Source: Actinomycetota bacterium
GTDB lineage: Bacteria; Actinomycetota; Acidimicrobiia; Acidimicrobiales; JAJPHE01
Reading direction: 5' to 3'
DNA: 64,000 nucleotides
Assembly (NCBI GenBank): GCA_021325435.1
Contig: JAJPHE010000072.1
Span: forward strand, 1,666-65,665
Part shown: positions 44,880 to 56,723 of the stretch, piece after piece
Layout of the letters: the number at the start of each line of letters is the position of its first letter
Position numbering within the stretch: position 1 is the first letter of the stretch
Translations under genes and position numbers: made by a program
Notes under the pieces: generated by a model
The model's database searches: none
What the model was told of the DNA's origin: nothing
What the model saw: only the letters and a program-made list of their open reading frames with translations

Positions 44880-45346
44880 GGGCGCCGGCCGTCGGCGACC
44901 CCGCCCCCGACTTCACCCTGGAGGGGACGGGTGGGCGCTCGTACTCCCTGTCGGACCACCGGGGCCAGACGGTCGTGCTGGCCTTCTATCCCGGAGACGA
45001 CACCCCGGTCTGCACCCGCCAGCTGCGCAGCTACTCCCACGACCTCGAGCGGTTCTCAGACCTGGGCGCCGCCGTGTTCGGGATCAGCCCCCAGAGCGTG
45101 GACCGCCACGAGGCCTTCGCCGCCCGCCACGGGTTGCGGATGCCCCTTCTCGCCGACACCGACCGGGCCGTGGGCCGGAGCTACGGGATCCTCGGCCCGG
45201 TCGGCTTCTACCGCCGCTCGGTCTTCGTCGTCGACGGGGGTGGAATCGTGCGCTACGCCCATCGGACCGCGGCTGGGCTCACCTACCGCGGCGTCGACGA
45301 GCTGGTGGCGGCGGTCAGGGCGGCGGGCGCCTCCGCCGGGCGCTAG
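44876..45346 (+). CDS. bcp: Thiol peroxidase / peroxiredoxin, Bcp type
   Basis: GTGA overlap with yeb[10 protein letters not shown]...[18 protein letters not shown] (peroxidatic Cys). Confidence 0.9.
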   Translation: MRAPAVGDPAPDFTLEGTGGRSYSLSDHRGQTVVLAFYPGDDTPVCTRQLRSYSHDLERFSDLGAAVFGISPQSVDRHEAFAARHGLRMPLLADTDRAVGRSYGILGPVGFYRRSVFVVDGGGIVRYAHRTAAGLTYRGVDELVAAVRAAGASAGR

Positions 45347-45386
45347 CTCGCCGGCGGCCATCCCCCATCGGGACGAGCCGCCCCAC

Positions 45387-45392
45387 TACCCT
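45387..45392 (+). promoter_or_regulatory. -10 hexamer TACCCT, 7 nt upstream of ATG 45400 (leaderless-type ruvC promoter)
   Basis: TANNNT geometry within the 53-nt gap after bcp. Confidence 0.4.
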
Positions 45393-45407
45393 CGAACGGA
45401 TGTTCGT
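45392..45407. promoter_or_regulatory. SOS (LexA) box TCGAACGGATGTTCGT overlapping the ruvC start codon
   Basis: 15/16 match to TCGAAC-N4-GTTCGA. The core GAAC-GGAT-GTTC is at 45394-45405, and the ATG at 45400-45402 spans the N4 spacer/GTTC half-site boundary. Confidence 0.65.
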
Positions 45408-45909
45408 GCTCGGCATCGACCCGGGTGTGTCGCGCTGCGGCTACGGCTGTGTCCGGCGAGGCGCCGCCGGCCTCGAGGCCGTCGCCGGCGGGGCCATAAC
45501 CACGTCGCCGGCGGACCCGTTGCCGCTCCGTCTGGGCCAGCTCGCCGGCGAGCTGGAGGCGTTGATTACCGAGCTCCAGCCCGACGCGGTCGCCGTCGAG
45601 CGGGTCTTCTTCCAGGTCAACGCCCGCACGGCGATGTCGGTGGGCCAGGCCAGCGGGCTGGCCCTGGCCGCCGCCGCCCGGGCCGGTTGTCCGGTCTTCG
45701 AGTACAACGCCAACGAGGTGAAGCAGGCGGTCGCCGGCTACGGGTCGGCGGACAAGCTGTCGGTGCAGAAGATGATCCAGAAGATCCTGGCCCTGCCGGC
45801 TCTGCCCCAGCCCCCTGACGCCGCCGACGCCCTGGCCCTCGCCGTCTGCCATCTGGCCGCCGCTCCGGTGCTGGCGGCCGCCGCCCGCCAAGGAGGAGGA
45901 AGCAGGTGA
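45400..45909 (+). CDS. ruvC: Crossover junction endodeoxyribonuclease RuvC
   Basis: [16 protein letters not shown]...AVERVFF...SVGQASG...[20 protein letters not shown]...L...[13 protein letters not shown]. The track ORF 44764 is an upstream run-on. Confidence 0.9.
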   Translation: MFVLGIDPGVSRCGYGCVRRGAAGLEAVAGGAITTSPADPLPLRLGQLAGELEALITELQPDAVAVERVFFQVNARTAMSVGQASGLALAAAARAGCPVFEYNANEVKQAVAGYGSADKLSVQKMIQKILALPALPQPPDAADALALAVCHLAAAPVLAAAARQGGGSR

Positions 45910-46508
45910 TCGGCTCACTGCGCGGGGTGCTCCTCGACCGGCTGCCCAAGGGCGAGCTGCTGGTCGAGGTGGGGGGGGTCGGCTATCGGGTGACCGTGCC
46001 CGCCGGCACCCTGTCGGCGACCGGCCCCGCCGGCTCGCCGGTCTTCCTCCACGTCCACACCCACGTCCGCGACGACGCCATCATCTTGTTCGGCTTCGCC
46101 ACCTCCGAGGAGCGTCACTGCTTCGAGGCGCTGATCGGCGCCCACGGGGTCGGACCCGCCGTCGCCCTGGCCATCCTCTCCACCCACTCGCCGGTCGCCC
46201 TCCGGCGGGCGGTGGCGACCGACGACGTCGACGCCCTCGTCCTCGTGCCCGGTATCGGGCGCAAGACGGCGGTGCGCCTGATCATGGAGCTCAAAGCCCG
46301 CTTCGAGGTGCCCGACGATCCGGGCGAGGCCCTGGTGGCGCTGGGCGCCGGCCATGCCCCCACCGCCCGGGCCGAGGTCCAGGCCGCCCTGGCCGGCCTC
46401 GGCTACGGCGCCGACGAGGTGCGCGAGGCCCTGCGCGACGTCAGCGAGGAGGCCAGCGCCGAGCAGATGCTGCGGGGCGCCCTGCGCAACATGGCGGCAG
46501 CCCGGTGA
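45906..46508 (+). CDS. ruvA: Holliday junction branch migration complex subunit RuvA
   Basis: GTGA overlap. [12 protein letters not shown]....[14 protein letters not shown]...[16 protein letters not shown]...[13 protein letters not shown]. Confidence 0.9.
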   Translation: MIGSLRGVLLDRLPKGELLVEVGGVGYRVTVPAGTLSATGPAGSPVFLHVHTHVRDDAIILFGFATSEERHCFEALIGAHGVGPAVALAILSTHSPVALRRAVATDDVDALVLVPGIGRKTAVRLIMELKARFEVPDDPGEALVALGAGHAPTARAEVQAALAGLGYGADEVREALRDVSEEASAEQMLRGALRNMAAAR

Positions 46509-47554
46509 GCCCCCGCCAGGAGATCGTCGCCGGCCCGCGGACCATGGACCCGGTGGCCGACCCGATCGAGGCGGCCGAGGAGGTCAACCTCCGCCCCCGC
46601 CGCCTGACCGAGTTCGTCGGGCAGGCCCAGGTCGTCGAGCACCTCGAGATCGTCCTCGAGGCCGCCCGCCGCCGGTCCCAGCCCGTCGACCACCTGCTGT
46701 TCGCCGGCCCGCCGGGGCTGGGCAAGACCACCCTGGCCGGCATCGTCGCCGCCGAGATGGGCGTCGGGCTGCGGGTCACGTCGGGCCCCGCCCTGGTCCG
46801 GGCCGGCGACCTGGCCGCCATCCTCAACGACCTCCAGGACGGCGACGTCCTCTTCATCGACGAGATCCACCGGCTCGGACGCGCCGTCGAGGAGATCCTC
46901 TATCCGGCCATGGAGGACTTCCAGCTCGACATCGTCATCGGCAAGGGGCCGACGGCCCGCTCCATCCGTCTCGACCTGCCCCGCTTCACCCTGGTGGGCG
47001 CGACCACCCGTACCGGCCTCATCACCGGTCCGCTGCGCGACCGCTTCGGGCTGGTGGCCCGGCTCGACTACTACGGGCCCGGCGACCTCGAGGCCATCGT
47101 GGCCCGAGCCGCCCGCATCCTCGACGTCCGTCTCGACCCGTCCGGCGCCGAGGAGATCTCCCACCGCTCGAGGGGCACGCCCCGCATCGCCAACCGGCTG
47201 CTCCGCCGGGTGCGCGACTTCGCCGAGGTCCGGGGGGACGGGGTGGTAACCCGGCAGGCGGCCAGCGAGGGCCTGCGCCTGTTCGGGGTGGACGAGCTCG
47301 GCCTGGACAAGGTGGACCGGGCTGTCCTCGCCGCCGTGTGCCAACGCTTCGGCGGAGGGCCGGTCGGGTTGACGACCCTCGCCGTCAGCGTCGGCGAGGA
47401 GCCCGACACCGTCGAGGACGTCTACGAGCCCTTCCTGCTGCAGCTCGGCCTGCTGATGCGGACCCCGCGGGGCCGGGTGGCCACGCCCGCCGCCTGGCGG
47501 CACCTCGGCCTGGCCCCGCCGCCGGTCGAGACCACCTCCTCGCTGTTCGAGTAG
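46505..47554 (+). CDS. ruvB: Holliday junction branch migration DNA helicase RuvB
   Basis: [12 protein letters not shown]...[16 protein letters not shown]...LFIDEIHRL...GATTR.G......LRDRFG...[15 protein letters not shown]. Confidence 0.95.
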   Translation: MSPRQEIVAGPRTMDPVADPIEAAEEVNLRPRRLTEFVGQAQVVEHLEIVLEAARRRSQPVDHLLFAGPPGLGKTTLAGIVAAEMGVGLRVTSGPALVRAGDLAAILNDLQDGDVLFIDEIHRLGRAVEEILYPAMEDFQLDIVIGKGPTARSIRLDLPRFTLVGATTRTGLITGPLRDRFGLVARLDYYGPGDLEAIVARAARILDVRLDPSGAEEISHRSRGTPRIANRLLRRVRDFAEVRGDGVVTRQAASEGLRLFGVDELGLDKVDRAVLAAVCQRFGGGPVGLTTLAVSVGEEPDTVEDVYEPFLLQLGLLMRTPRGRVATPAAWRHLGLAPPPVETTSSLFE

Positions 47555-47589
47555 GGGGGAGCCCCCGTCCGAGGTGCAAGTCTGGGCGG

Positions 47590-48564
47590 GTGGACGCCTT
47601 CGACTACCTGCTGCCGGAGGACGCCATCGCCCAGCAGCCGGTCGAGCCCCGCCACGCCGCCCGCCTGCTGGTGGCGACGGGTGAGCGGACCGAGCACCGT
47701 CGGGTGGCCGAGCTGCCCGAGCTGGTCGGACCGGGCGACCTGATCGTGGTGAACGAGACCCGGGTGTCGCCGGCCCGCCTGCGCCTGCGCAAGGAGACGG
47801 GCGGCTCGGTTGAGGTGCTGCTCCTCGAGCAGGCCGGCGCCGACCGCTGGGACGCCCTGGTGAGGCCGGGCCGCCGGGTGCCACCCGGCACCACCCTGTG
47901 GTCCGATGACGGGCCCGCCGTCCGGGTGGGGGAGAGGCGCCCGGATGGCCGCCGCGAGGTGTGCCTGATCGACCCGGAGCTGCCGGAGCGGGCCGGCGCC
48001 GTCCCCCTCCCTCCCTACATCCACCGCGGTGACATCGACCCTGCCCGGTATCAGACGGTCTACGCCCGCTCGCCGGGCTCGGTCGCCGCCCCCACCGCCG
48101 GCCTGCACCTGACCGACGAGGTGCTCGACCGGTGCCGCCAGGCCGGCGCCGTCGTCGCCACCGTGGACCTGTCAGTGGGCCTGGACACCTTCCGCCCGGT
48201 GACGGCCGACGACCCGGCCGACCACGTCATGCACAGCGAGCGGTACCGCGTGCCCCCGGAGACGATGAGCGCCTGCCGGGGCGCCGACCGGGTGCTGGCG
48301 GTGGGCACCACGACCGTGCGGGCCCTCGAGGCGGCGGCTGCCACCGGGCGCCTCGAAGGGCGCACCGAGCTGTTCATCCGGCCCGGCTTCCGGTTCCGGG
48401 TGGTGGACCGGCTGATGACGAACTTCCACCTGCCCCGCTCCAGCCTGCTGCTGCTGCTGGCCGCCTTCTGCGGTCCCCGATGGAAGGAGCTCTACGCCGA
48501 GGCCCTGGCCGCCGGCTACCGCTTCCTCTCGTTCGGTGACGCCATGCTGGTGGACCGCCGGTGA
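47590..48564 (+). CDS. queA: tRNA preQ1(34) S-adenosylmethionine ribosyltransferase-isomerase
   Basis: From GTG 47590: VDAFDYLLPEDAIAQQPVEPR..ARLLV...LIVVNETRV.PARL...PLPPYI...YQTVYA...GSVAAPTAGLH...GTT.VRALE...NFHLP.S.LL.L..AF. The track ORF 46354 is an upstream run-on. Confidence 0.9.
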   Translation: MDAFDYLLPEDAIAQQPVEPRHAARLLVATGERTEHRRVAELPELVGPGDLIVVNETRVSPARLRLRKETGGSVEVLLLEQAGADRWDALVRPGRRVPPGTTLWSDDGPAVRVGERRPDGRREVCLIDPELPERAGAVPLPPYIHRGDIDPARYQTVYARSPGSVAAPTAGLHLTDEVLDRCRQAGAVVATVDLSVGLDTFRPVTADDPADHVMHSERYRVPPETMSACRGADRVLAVGTTTVRALEAAAATGRLEGRTELFIRPGFRFRVVDRLMTNFHLPRSSLLLLLAAFCGPRWKELYAEALAAGYRFLSFGDAMLVDRR

Positions 48565-49676
48565 CCCTACGTCTCGAGGTGTCCGCCGTCGACGGAGCGG
48601 CGCGGGCCGGCCGGGTCCACACCGCCCGGGGGAGCTTCGACACCCCCTGCTTCATGCCGGTGGGGACCCGCGGCACGGTGCGGGCCCTCAGCCCCGCCGA
48701 CCTCGAGTCACTCGGCTATGAGGTCGTGCTGGCCAACACCTACCACCTCATGCTGCGCCCGGGGGCGGACGTCATCGAGGGGTTGGGCGGCATCCACGAG
48801 TTCTCGGGGTGGACCGGACACGTGCTGACCGACTCCGGCGGCTACCAGGTCTTCTCGCTTAGCCCCCGAGTCGACGACGGCGGCGTCACCTTCCGGTCCA
48901 CCTACGACGGCTCCACCCATCGGCTGACGCCCGAGGGGGCCGTCGCCGTCCAGGAGCGCATCGGCGCCGACATCCAGATGGTGCTCGACGTGTGTCCGCC
49001 CCTGCCCTCCCCGCCGGAGGTGCTGGCCGAGGCGGTGCGGCGCACGGCCGAGTGGGCCCGGCGGGCCCGGACCGCCCACCGGCGCGAGGGTCAGTCGATC
49101 TTCGGCATCGTGCAGGGAGGCACCGACCCCGACCTTCGTCGCCACAGCGCCCGGCTGACGGTGGACGTCGGCTTCGACGGTTACGGGATCGGCGGGCTGT
49201 CGGTCGGCGAGCCCCGCCACGAGATGATCCCCGCCCTGGCCGCGGCGGTAGAGGAGCTGCCGCCGGACCAGCCCCGGTATCTGATGGGCGTGGGCGACCC
49301 CCTCGGCCTGGTCGACGCCGTCACCCTCGGGGTGGACATGTTCGACTGCGTCCTGCCCACCCGGCTGGGCCGGCACGGCACCGCCCTCACATCGGTTGGC
49401 CGGCTCCAGCTCCGGGGGGCCGCCTACGCCGAGGACGGCGGCCCCATCGACCCGGAATGCGGTTGCGCCGTGTGCGCCCGATGGTCGCGGGCCTACCTGC
49501 GCCACCTCCTGTCGGTCGGGGAGCCGTCGGCCGCCCGCCTGGTCAGCCTGCACAACCTGGCGTGGACGACCGAGCTGGTCCGCCAGATCCGCCACGCCGT
49601 CGCACAGGGCACCCTGGCCGAGCTGCGGCGCCGGGTGGCCGACGTCTGGGAGGCACCCGGCGCCCACCGCCCCTGA
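48561..49676 (+). CDS. tgt: Queuine tRNA-ribosyltransferase
   Basis: ARAGRVHTARGSFDTPCFMPVGTRGTV...ANTYHL...LTDSGGYQV...FGIVQGG...GYGIGGLSVGE...MGVG...D.FDCV.PTR.GR.G...CGCAVC. Confidence 0.95.
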   Translation: MTLRLEVSAVDGAARAGRVHTARGSFDTPCFMPVGTRGTVRALSPADLESLGYEVVLANTYHLMLRPGADVIEGLGGIHEFSGWTGHVLTDSGGYQVFSLSPRVDDGGVTFRSTYDGSTHRLTPEGAVAVQERIGADIQMVLDVCPPLPSPPEVLAEAVRRTAEWARRARTAHRREGQSIFGIVQGGTDPDLRRHSARLTVDVGFDGYGIGGLSVGEPRHEMIPALAAAVEELPPDQPRYLMGVGDPLGLVDAVTLGVDMFDCVLPTRLGRHGTALTSVGRLQLRGAAYAEDGGPIDPECGCAVCARWSRAYLRHLLSVGEPSAARLVSLHNLAWTTELVRQIRHAVAQGTLAELRRRVADVWEAPGAHRP

Positions 49677-49749
49677 CCGGGCGGCGATGCGGACCTGCGC
49701 TATGGTCTCCGTTCGCTCTTTCCGGCCTTAACCGGACGCGCACGCACCC

Positions 49750-50070
49750 ATGTTCTTCATCTACCTACTGGTCGTCTTCGTCTTCGGCTGGCTCCTTCTC
49801 GTCCGGCCCCAGCAGCAGCGCGCCCGCCGCCAACGCGAGCTCATCGCCACCCTGGAGGTGGGGGCCGAGGTGCAAACGGCGGGCGGCATCATCGGGCGGA
49901 TCGTCGGGCTCGACGACGAGGTGGTCCGCATCGAGGTGGCTCCCGGGGTGGTAATCAGCTTCGTCCGGGGGGCCATCGCCCGGGTGGTGGAGGTCACCGA
50001 CACCGACACGACCGGGGGGGCCGGCGACGCGCCGACCGACGACCCGCACCCCGAGGCGGAGGCCGGCTGA
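49750..50070 (+). CDS. yajC: Preprotein translocase subunit YajC
   Basis: N-terminal TM helix, then VRPQQQRARRQRELIATLEVGAEVQTAGGIIGRIVGLDDEVVRIEVAPGV. Confidence 0.85.
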   Translation: MFFIYLLVVFVFGWLLLVRPQQQRARRQRELIATLEVGAEVQTAGGIIGRIVGLDDEVVRIEVAPGVVISFVRGAIARVVEVTDTDTTGGAGDAPTDDPHPEAEAG

Positions 50071-51431
50071 TGCGCCGCTCGCTCCTCCTCCCCGTCCTCG
50101 TCCTGACCTTCCTGGGAGTCGGCGGCACCGCCGCGGCGGTGGCCACCCACACCTCACCGCTGCTCGGGCTCGACCTGCGAGGAGGTGCGTCCGTCGTCCT
50201 CCAGCCCGCTCGCCGCGTCGGCAGCGACATCCTCGACCAGACCATCAACATCATCCGCAACCGGGTGGACGCCCTGGGCGTGGCCGAGCCGAACATCACC
50301 CGGCAGGGCAACGCAATCGACGTGGAGCTGCCCGGGGTCAAAGACACCCAGCGCGCCCTCAACATCGTGGGCAAGACGGCCCAGCTCACCTTCCGCCCCG
50401 TGGTCGGTCAGCCCATCTCCCCGACCGGTCCGCCGGCCACCACCCCCAGCGACAAGGTGACCGACACCGGGACGGCGGTGCTCGCCGAACGTGACTCGTC
50501 CGGCACCGTCACCGCCCGCTACCAGGTGGGTCCGGTGGTCGGCAAGGGAACGATCATCAAGACGGCCACGGCCGCCATCGACCCCAACACCAGCCAGTGG
50601 CTGGTCAACTTCGTGACCACCTCGGCCGGCAACGGCGAGTGGGACGCCATCGCCCAGAAGTACTACCAGCAGTCCCTGGCCATCGTGCTCGACGACGTGG
50701 TGGTGTCGGCGCCCACCATCAACTCCCAGCACTTCGGCGGCCGGGGCCAGATCACCGGCAACTTCACCGAGCAGCAGGCCAAGGACCTCGCCCTCGAGCT
50801 CAGCTACGGCGCTCTGCCGGTGCAGCTCAAGCCGCTCACCGTGCAGACCGTATCGGCCACGCTCGGCAAGGACTCGCTGCGGGCCGGACTGGCCGCCGCA
50901 GTGGGCGGCCTCATCCTCGTCCTGCTCTACATCGTCCTTTACTACCGGGCCCTGGGCGTGGTCGCCTTCGTCGGCCTGGCTCTGACCGGCCTGCTGCTGT
51001 GGCCGATCATCTCCTACCTCGGCAAGACCAGCGGCCTGGCCCTCACCCTGGCCGGCGTCACCGGCATCATCGTGTCGATCGGCATCACCGTCGACTCCTA
51101 CATCGTGTACTTCGAGCGGCTGAAAGACGAGATCCGCTCGGGCAAGACCATCCGGTCGTCGGTGGACCGAGGCTTCGCCCGGGCCTTCCGCACCATCGTG
51201 GCCGCCGACGCCGTGTCCTTCATCGGCGCCCTGCTGCTCTACCTGCTGACCGTGGGGCCGGTCCGGGGCTTCGCCTTCTTCCTCGGGCTGTCCACCCTCC
51301 TCGACGTGTTCACCAGCTACTTCTTCACCCGGCCCCTCGTCATCCTCCTGGGCCGCAACCGGCTGTTCACCGAGGCCCGGTGGATGGGTGTCGCCCGGGG
51401 CCTGGCCGCCCCCACCCTGGAGGCGCAGTGA
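50070..51431 (+). CDS. secD: Protein translocase subunit SecD
   Basis: The ATG shares its A with the yajC TGA. GLDLRGG...I..RVDALGV.EP.I..QG...I.VELPG. C-terminal 6-TM region with TLAGVTGIIVSIGITVDSYIVYFERLKDE. Confidence 0.9.
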   Translation: MRRSLLLPVLVLTFLGVGGTAAAVATHTSPLLGLDLRGGASVVLQPARRVGSDILDQTINIIRNRVDALGVAEPNITRQGNAIDVELPGVKDTQRALNIVGKTAQLTFRPVVGQPISPTGPPATTPSDKVTDTGTAVLAERDSSGTVTARYQVGPVVGKGTIIKTATAAIDPNTSQWLVNFVTTSAGNGEWDAIAQKYYQQSLAIVLDDVVVSAPTINSQHFGGRGQITGNFTEQQAKDLALELSYGALPVQLKPLTVQTVSATLGKDSLRAGLAAAVGGLILVLLYIVLYYRALGVVAFVGLALTGLLLWPIISYLGKTSGLALTLAGVTGIIVSIGITVDSYIVYFERLKDEIRSGKTIRSSVDRGFARAFRTIVAADAVSFIGALLLYLLTVGPVRGFAFFLGLSTLLDVFTSYFFTRPLVILLGRNRLFTEARWMGVARGLAAPTLEAQ

Positions 51432-52588
51432 GCACCCGGCCGCGGGGCCTCTGGGGCCGCCTCTACCACGGCGAGACCGCCTTCGACTTCGTCGGGCGCA
51501 AGCCCATCTGGTTCCTCATCTCCGCCATCATCATCCTGATCGGCGTGGTCTCCCTCCTCGTGCGGGGCCTGAACTTCGGCATCGACTTCCGGGGCGGCAC
51601 CTCCTGGGAGCTGCGGGCCCCCCACGTGACAGTGGCCCAGGCCCGTTCGGCGGTGGCCTCGGCCGGCGTGCCCGGAGCGACCGTCCAACAGGTCGGGTCC
51701 TCGACCCTGCGGGTCGAGGCGGAGGTGAAGGGGACCGGGGGAGCGGCCAACCGCGACCTCGAACAGAAGGTGGCCCAGAGCCTCGCCGCCCTGGCCCACA
51801 CCTCCACCTCCCAGGTCAGCGTCAGCGACATCGGGCCGTCGTGGGGGAGTGACATCAGCAGCAAGGCGTGGAGGGCCCTGGGCTTCTTCCTGCTGGCGAT
51901 CATCCTCTACCTGTCCGTGCGGTTCGAGCCGAAGATGGCGGCGGCGGCGATCATCGCCGTACTCCACGACATCCTCGTCACCGTGGGCATCTATGCCATC
52001 TTCGGGTTCCTCGTCACGCCCGACACGGTCATCGCCTTCCTGACGATTCTCGGCTACTCGCTCTACGACACCGTCGTGGTGTTCGACAAGGTGCAGGAGA
52101 ACACGAGGGGCCTGGCGTCGACCGGCCGGATGACCTACACCGACACCGTCAACCTGTCCATGAACCAGGTGCTGATGCGCTCGGTGAACACCAGCCTGGT
52201 GGCGGTCATGCCGATCGTGTCGGTCCTCGTCGTCGGGGCCTACTTCCTCGGGGCGTCGACCCTGCAGAACTTCGGGCTCGCCCTGTTCATCGGCCTGCTC
52301 TCCGGGGCCTACTCGTCGATCTTCATCGCCTCCCCCATGCTGGCCATCCTCAAGGAGCGCGAGCCCCGCTACGCGGCCATCCGCGGCCGGCTCGCCTCTC
52401 GGGGCGGCTACACCCCCCTCACCCCGGCGGCGGCCGCCGCCGGCGCGCTGGTCCCCGACGGCCGGGGACCCCAGGAAGGCAAGGCCCGTCCCGAACCGGC
52501 CCGCCAGGCCGCCGCCCGACCCGGATCGAACCGGCCCGGCGCCGCCCGCCGACCTCCCCGCCCCCGCAAGAAGGGCAAGCGCCGCTAG
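51428..52588 (+). CDS. secF: Protein translocase subunit SecF
   Basis: GTGA overlap. FDFVGRKPIWF...GLNFGIDFRGGT...AVLHDILVTVGIYA...LGYSLYDTVVVFDKV. Basic Pro/Arg-rich tail. The track ORF 50597 is a run-on. Confidence 0.9.
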   Translation: MSTRPRGLWGRLYHGETAFDFVGRKPIWFLISAIIILIGVVSLLVRGLNFGIDFRGGTSWELRAPHVTVAQARSAVASAGVPGATVQQVGSSTLRVEAEVKGTGGAANRDLEQKVAQSLAALAHTSTSQVSVSDIGPSWGSDISSKAWRALGFFLLAIILYLSVRFEPKMAAAAIIAVLHDILVTVGIYAIFGFLVTPDTVIAFLTILGYSLYDTVVVFDKVQENTRGLASTGRMTYTDTVNLSMNQVLMRSVNTSLVAVMPIVSVLVVGAYFLGASTLQNFGLALFIGLLSGAYSSIFIASPMLAILKEREPRYAAIRGRLASRGGYTPLTPAAAAAGALVPDGRGPQEGKARPEPARQAAARPGSNRPGAARRPPRPRKKGKRR

Positions 52589-52626
52589 AGAGGTCCGCCT
52601 CGCCCGGCGGGGCCGGTCCCGGGCGG

Positions 52627-52632
52627 TACCGT
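52627..52632 (+). promoter_or_regulatory. -10 hexamer TACCGT, 6 nt upstream of GTG 52639 (leaderless-type)
   Basis: TANNNT geometry in the gap after secF. Confidence 0.4.
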
Positions 52633-52638
52633 GGATAT

Positions 52639-53165
52639 GTGCCGGTCGATGTCATCAAGGTGCGTGAGCTGGTCCGTGACGTAGCGGACTTTCCCCGCCC
52701 CGGCATCGGTTTCAAGGACCTGACCCCGGTCCTGGCCGACGGCCACGCCTACGCCTTTCTGGTGGACTGGCTCGCCGACCAGCTGGCCGGGCTCGACGCC
52801 ACCAAGGTCGTCGGAGTCGAGGCGCGGGGCTTCCTGCTGGCCGGCCCGGTCGCCCGAGCCCTCGGGGCCGGCGTGGTGCCGATGCGCAAAGCCGGCAAGC
52901 TTCCCTGGGAGGTGGAGTCGGCTTCCTACTCCCTCGAGTACGGGGAGGACCGCCTCGAGATCCACCGCGACGCCGTCAGCCCCGGCGAGACCGTCGTGGT
53001 CGTCGACGACGTGCTGGCCACCGGGGGGACGGCGGCGGCCGCCGCCTCCCTCCTCGAGCGTCTCGGCGCCGAGGTCGCCGCCCTGGCCTTCGTCCTGGAG
53101 CTGGAGGCGCTCGGCGGCCGTCAGCGCCTGGCCGGCCGCCCCGTGCACGCCATGGTGACCTACCC

Positions 53166-53169
<4 letters not shown>
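52639..53169 (+). CDS. apt: Adenine phosphoribosyltransferase
   Basis: From GTG 52639: VPVDVIKVRELVRDVADFPRPGIGFKDLTPVL...GVEARGFLL...VVVVDDVLATGGTA. Confidence 0.9.
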
Positions 53170-55388
<2,219 letters not shown>

Positions 55389-55426
55389 GGGCGGACAAAC
55401 CGGTCGGGAGCCGCAGGTCGCTCCAC

Positions 55427-55432
55427 TAACCT
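55427..55432 (+). promoter_or_regulatory. -10 hexamer TAACCT, 7 nt upstream of GTG 55440 (leaderless-type)
   Basis: TANNNT geometry; no SD. Confidence 0.4.
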
Positions 55433-55439
55433 CGCCCGG

Positions 55440-56723
55440 GTGTCCTCCCCCTCCTTCCAGGCGCCGAAGGGCACCCACGACGTCCTGCCGCCCGAGTCGT
55501 GGCGCTGGGAGCAGCTGATCGCCCGCTTCGCCACGACGGTGGAGGGGGCCGGCTACGGCCTCGTCGTCAACCCCCTGTTCGAGGACATCGGGGTGTTCCT
55601 GCGGGGGATCGGCGAGGGCAGCGAGGTCGTCACCAAGGAGATGTACGAGTTCGAGGACAAGGGGGGACGGCGCCAGGCTCTCAGGCCGGAGGGGACGGCG
55701 TCGGTGGTGCGGGCGTTCGTGCAGCACCGCCCCCCTGTCCCGTTCAAGGGGTGGTACGTGACCCCCGCCTTCCGGTACGAGGCGCCCCAGGCCGGCCGGT
55801 ATCGCCAGCACCACCAGTTGGGGGTGGAGGCGCTCGGCACCCACGACCCCGACCTCGACGTCGAGGTGATCGCCCTGGCCGACGAGGTGTACCGGTCCCT
55901 CGGCCTGCGCCAGGTGACGCTGAAGGTGAACTCGATGGGCGACTCGAGCTGCCTGCCGGCCTACCGCCGCCTGCTGGCCGACTACCTGGTGTCACGCTCG
56001 CTGTGCGCCGAGCACCGCGAGAAGGTGGCCCTCAACCCGCTGCGCACCCTCGACTGCAAGCGCGACGAGTGCCGGGCGGCGACGGAGGACGCGCCGCGGA
56101 TGGTGGACCACCTGTGTGCGCCGTGCGCCGAGCACTTCGCCCGCCTGGGCGACGGCCTCGCCGCCCTCGGCATCGCCTACTCGGTCGACTTCCGCCTGGT
56201 CCGGGGGTTCGACTACTACACCCGCACCACCTTCGAGTTCGGGGCCGAGGCCCTGGCCGCCGCCCAGAACGCCGTCGGCGGCGGGGGCCGCTACGACGGT
56301 CTGGTCGAAGCGCTGGGCGGACCGCCCACGCCGGGCATCGGTTTCGGCATGGGGGTCGAACGCATCCTGCTGGCCTGCGACGCCGAGGGCGTCCTGCCCG
56401 TTCCCGAGACCCGCTTGGACGCTTTCGTCGTCGACGTCGTCGGGGGGCGCGAAGCGCTGGCCCTGACCGCCGAGCTGCGGGCCGCCGGCCTCCGGGTCGA
56501 CCGGGCCTACGCGTCCGACGACGGACAGCCCCGCTCGATGAAGGCCCAGCTGCGAGCGGCCGACCGCTCCGGCGCCCGGGTGGCGATCATCGTCGGCGAG
56601 GACGAGCTGGCGGCGGGCACAGCCACGGTGAAAGCCCTGCAGGGAGGCCCGGTGCAGGAGCAGGTGTCCCGCAGCGACGTGGTGGAGTGGGTCACCAAGC
56701 TGTCGGGGGGAAGCCGGCCGTGA
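55440..56723 (+). CDS. hisS: Histidine--tRNA ligase
   Basis: APKGTHDVLP...EMYEFEDKGGR...LRPEGTASVVRA...FRYEAPQAGRYRQHHQ...GGGRYDGL. Confidence 0.95.
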   Translation: MSSPSFQAPKGTHDVLPPESWRWEQLIARFATTVEGAGYGLVVNPLFEDIGVFLRGIGEGSEVVTKEMYEFEDKGGRRQALRPEGTASVVRAFVQHRPPVPFKGWYVTPAFRYEAPQAGRYRQHHQLGVEALGTHDPDLDVEVIALADEVYRSLGLRQVTLKVNSMGDSSCLPAYRRLLADYLVSRSLCAEHREKVALNPLRTLDCKRDECRAATEDAPRMVDHLCAPCAEHFARLGDGLAALGIAYSVDFRLVRGFDYYTRTTFEFGAEALAAAQNAVGGGGRYDGLVEALGGPPTPGIGFGMGVERILLACDAEGVLPVPETRLDAFVVDVVGGREALALTAELRAAGLRVDRAYASDDGQPRSMKAQLRAADRSGARVAIIVGEDELAAGTATVKALQGGPVQEQVSRSDVVEWVTKLSGGSRP

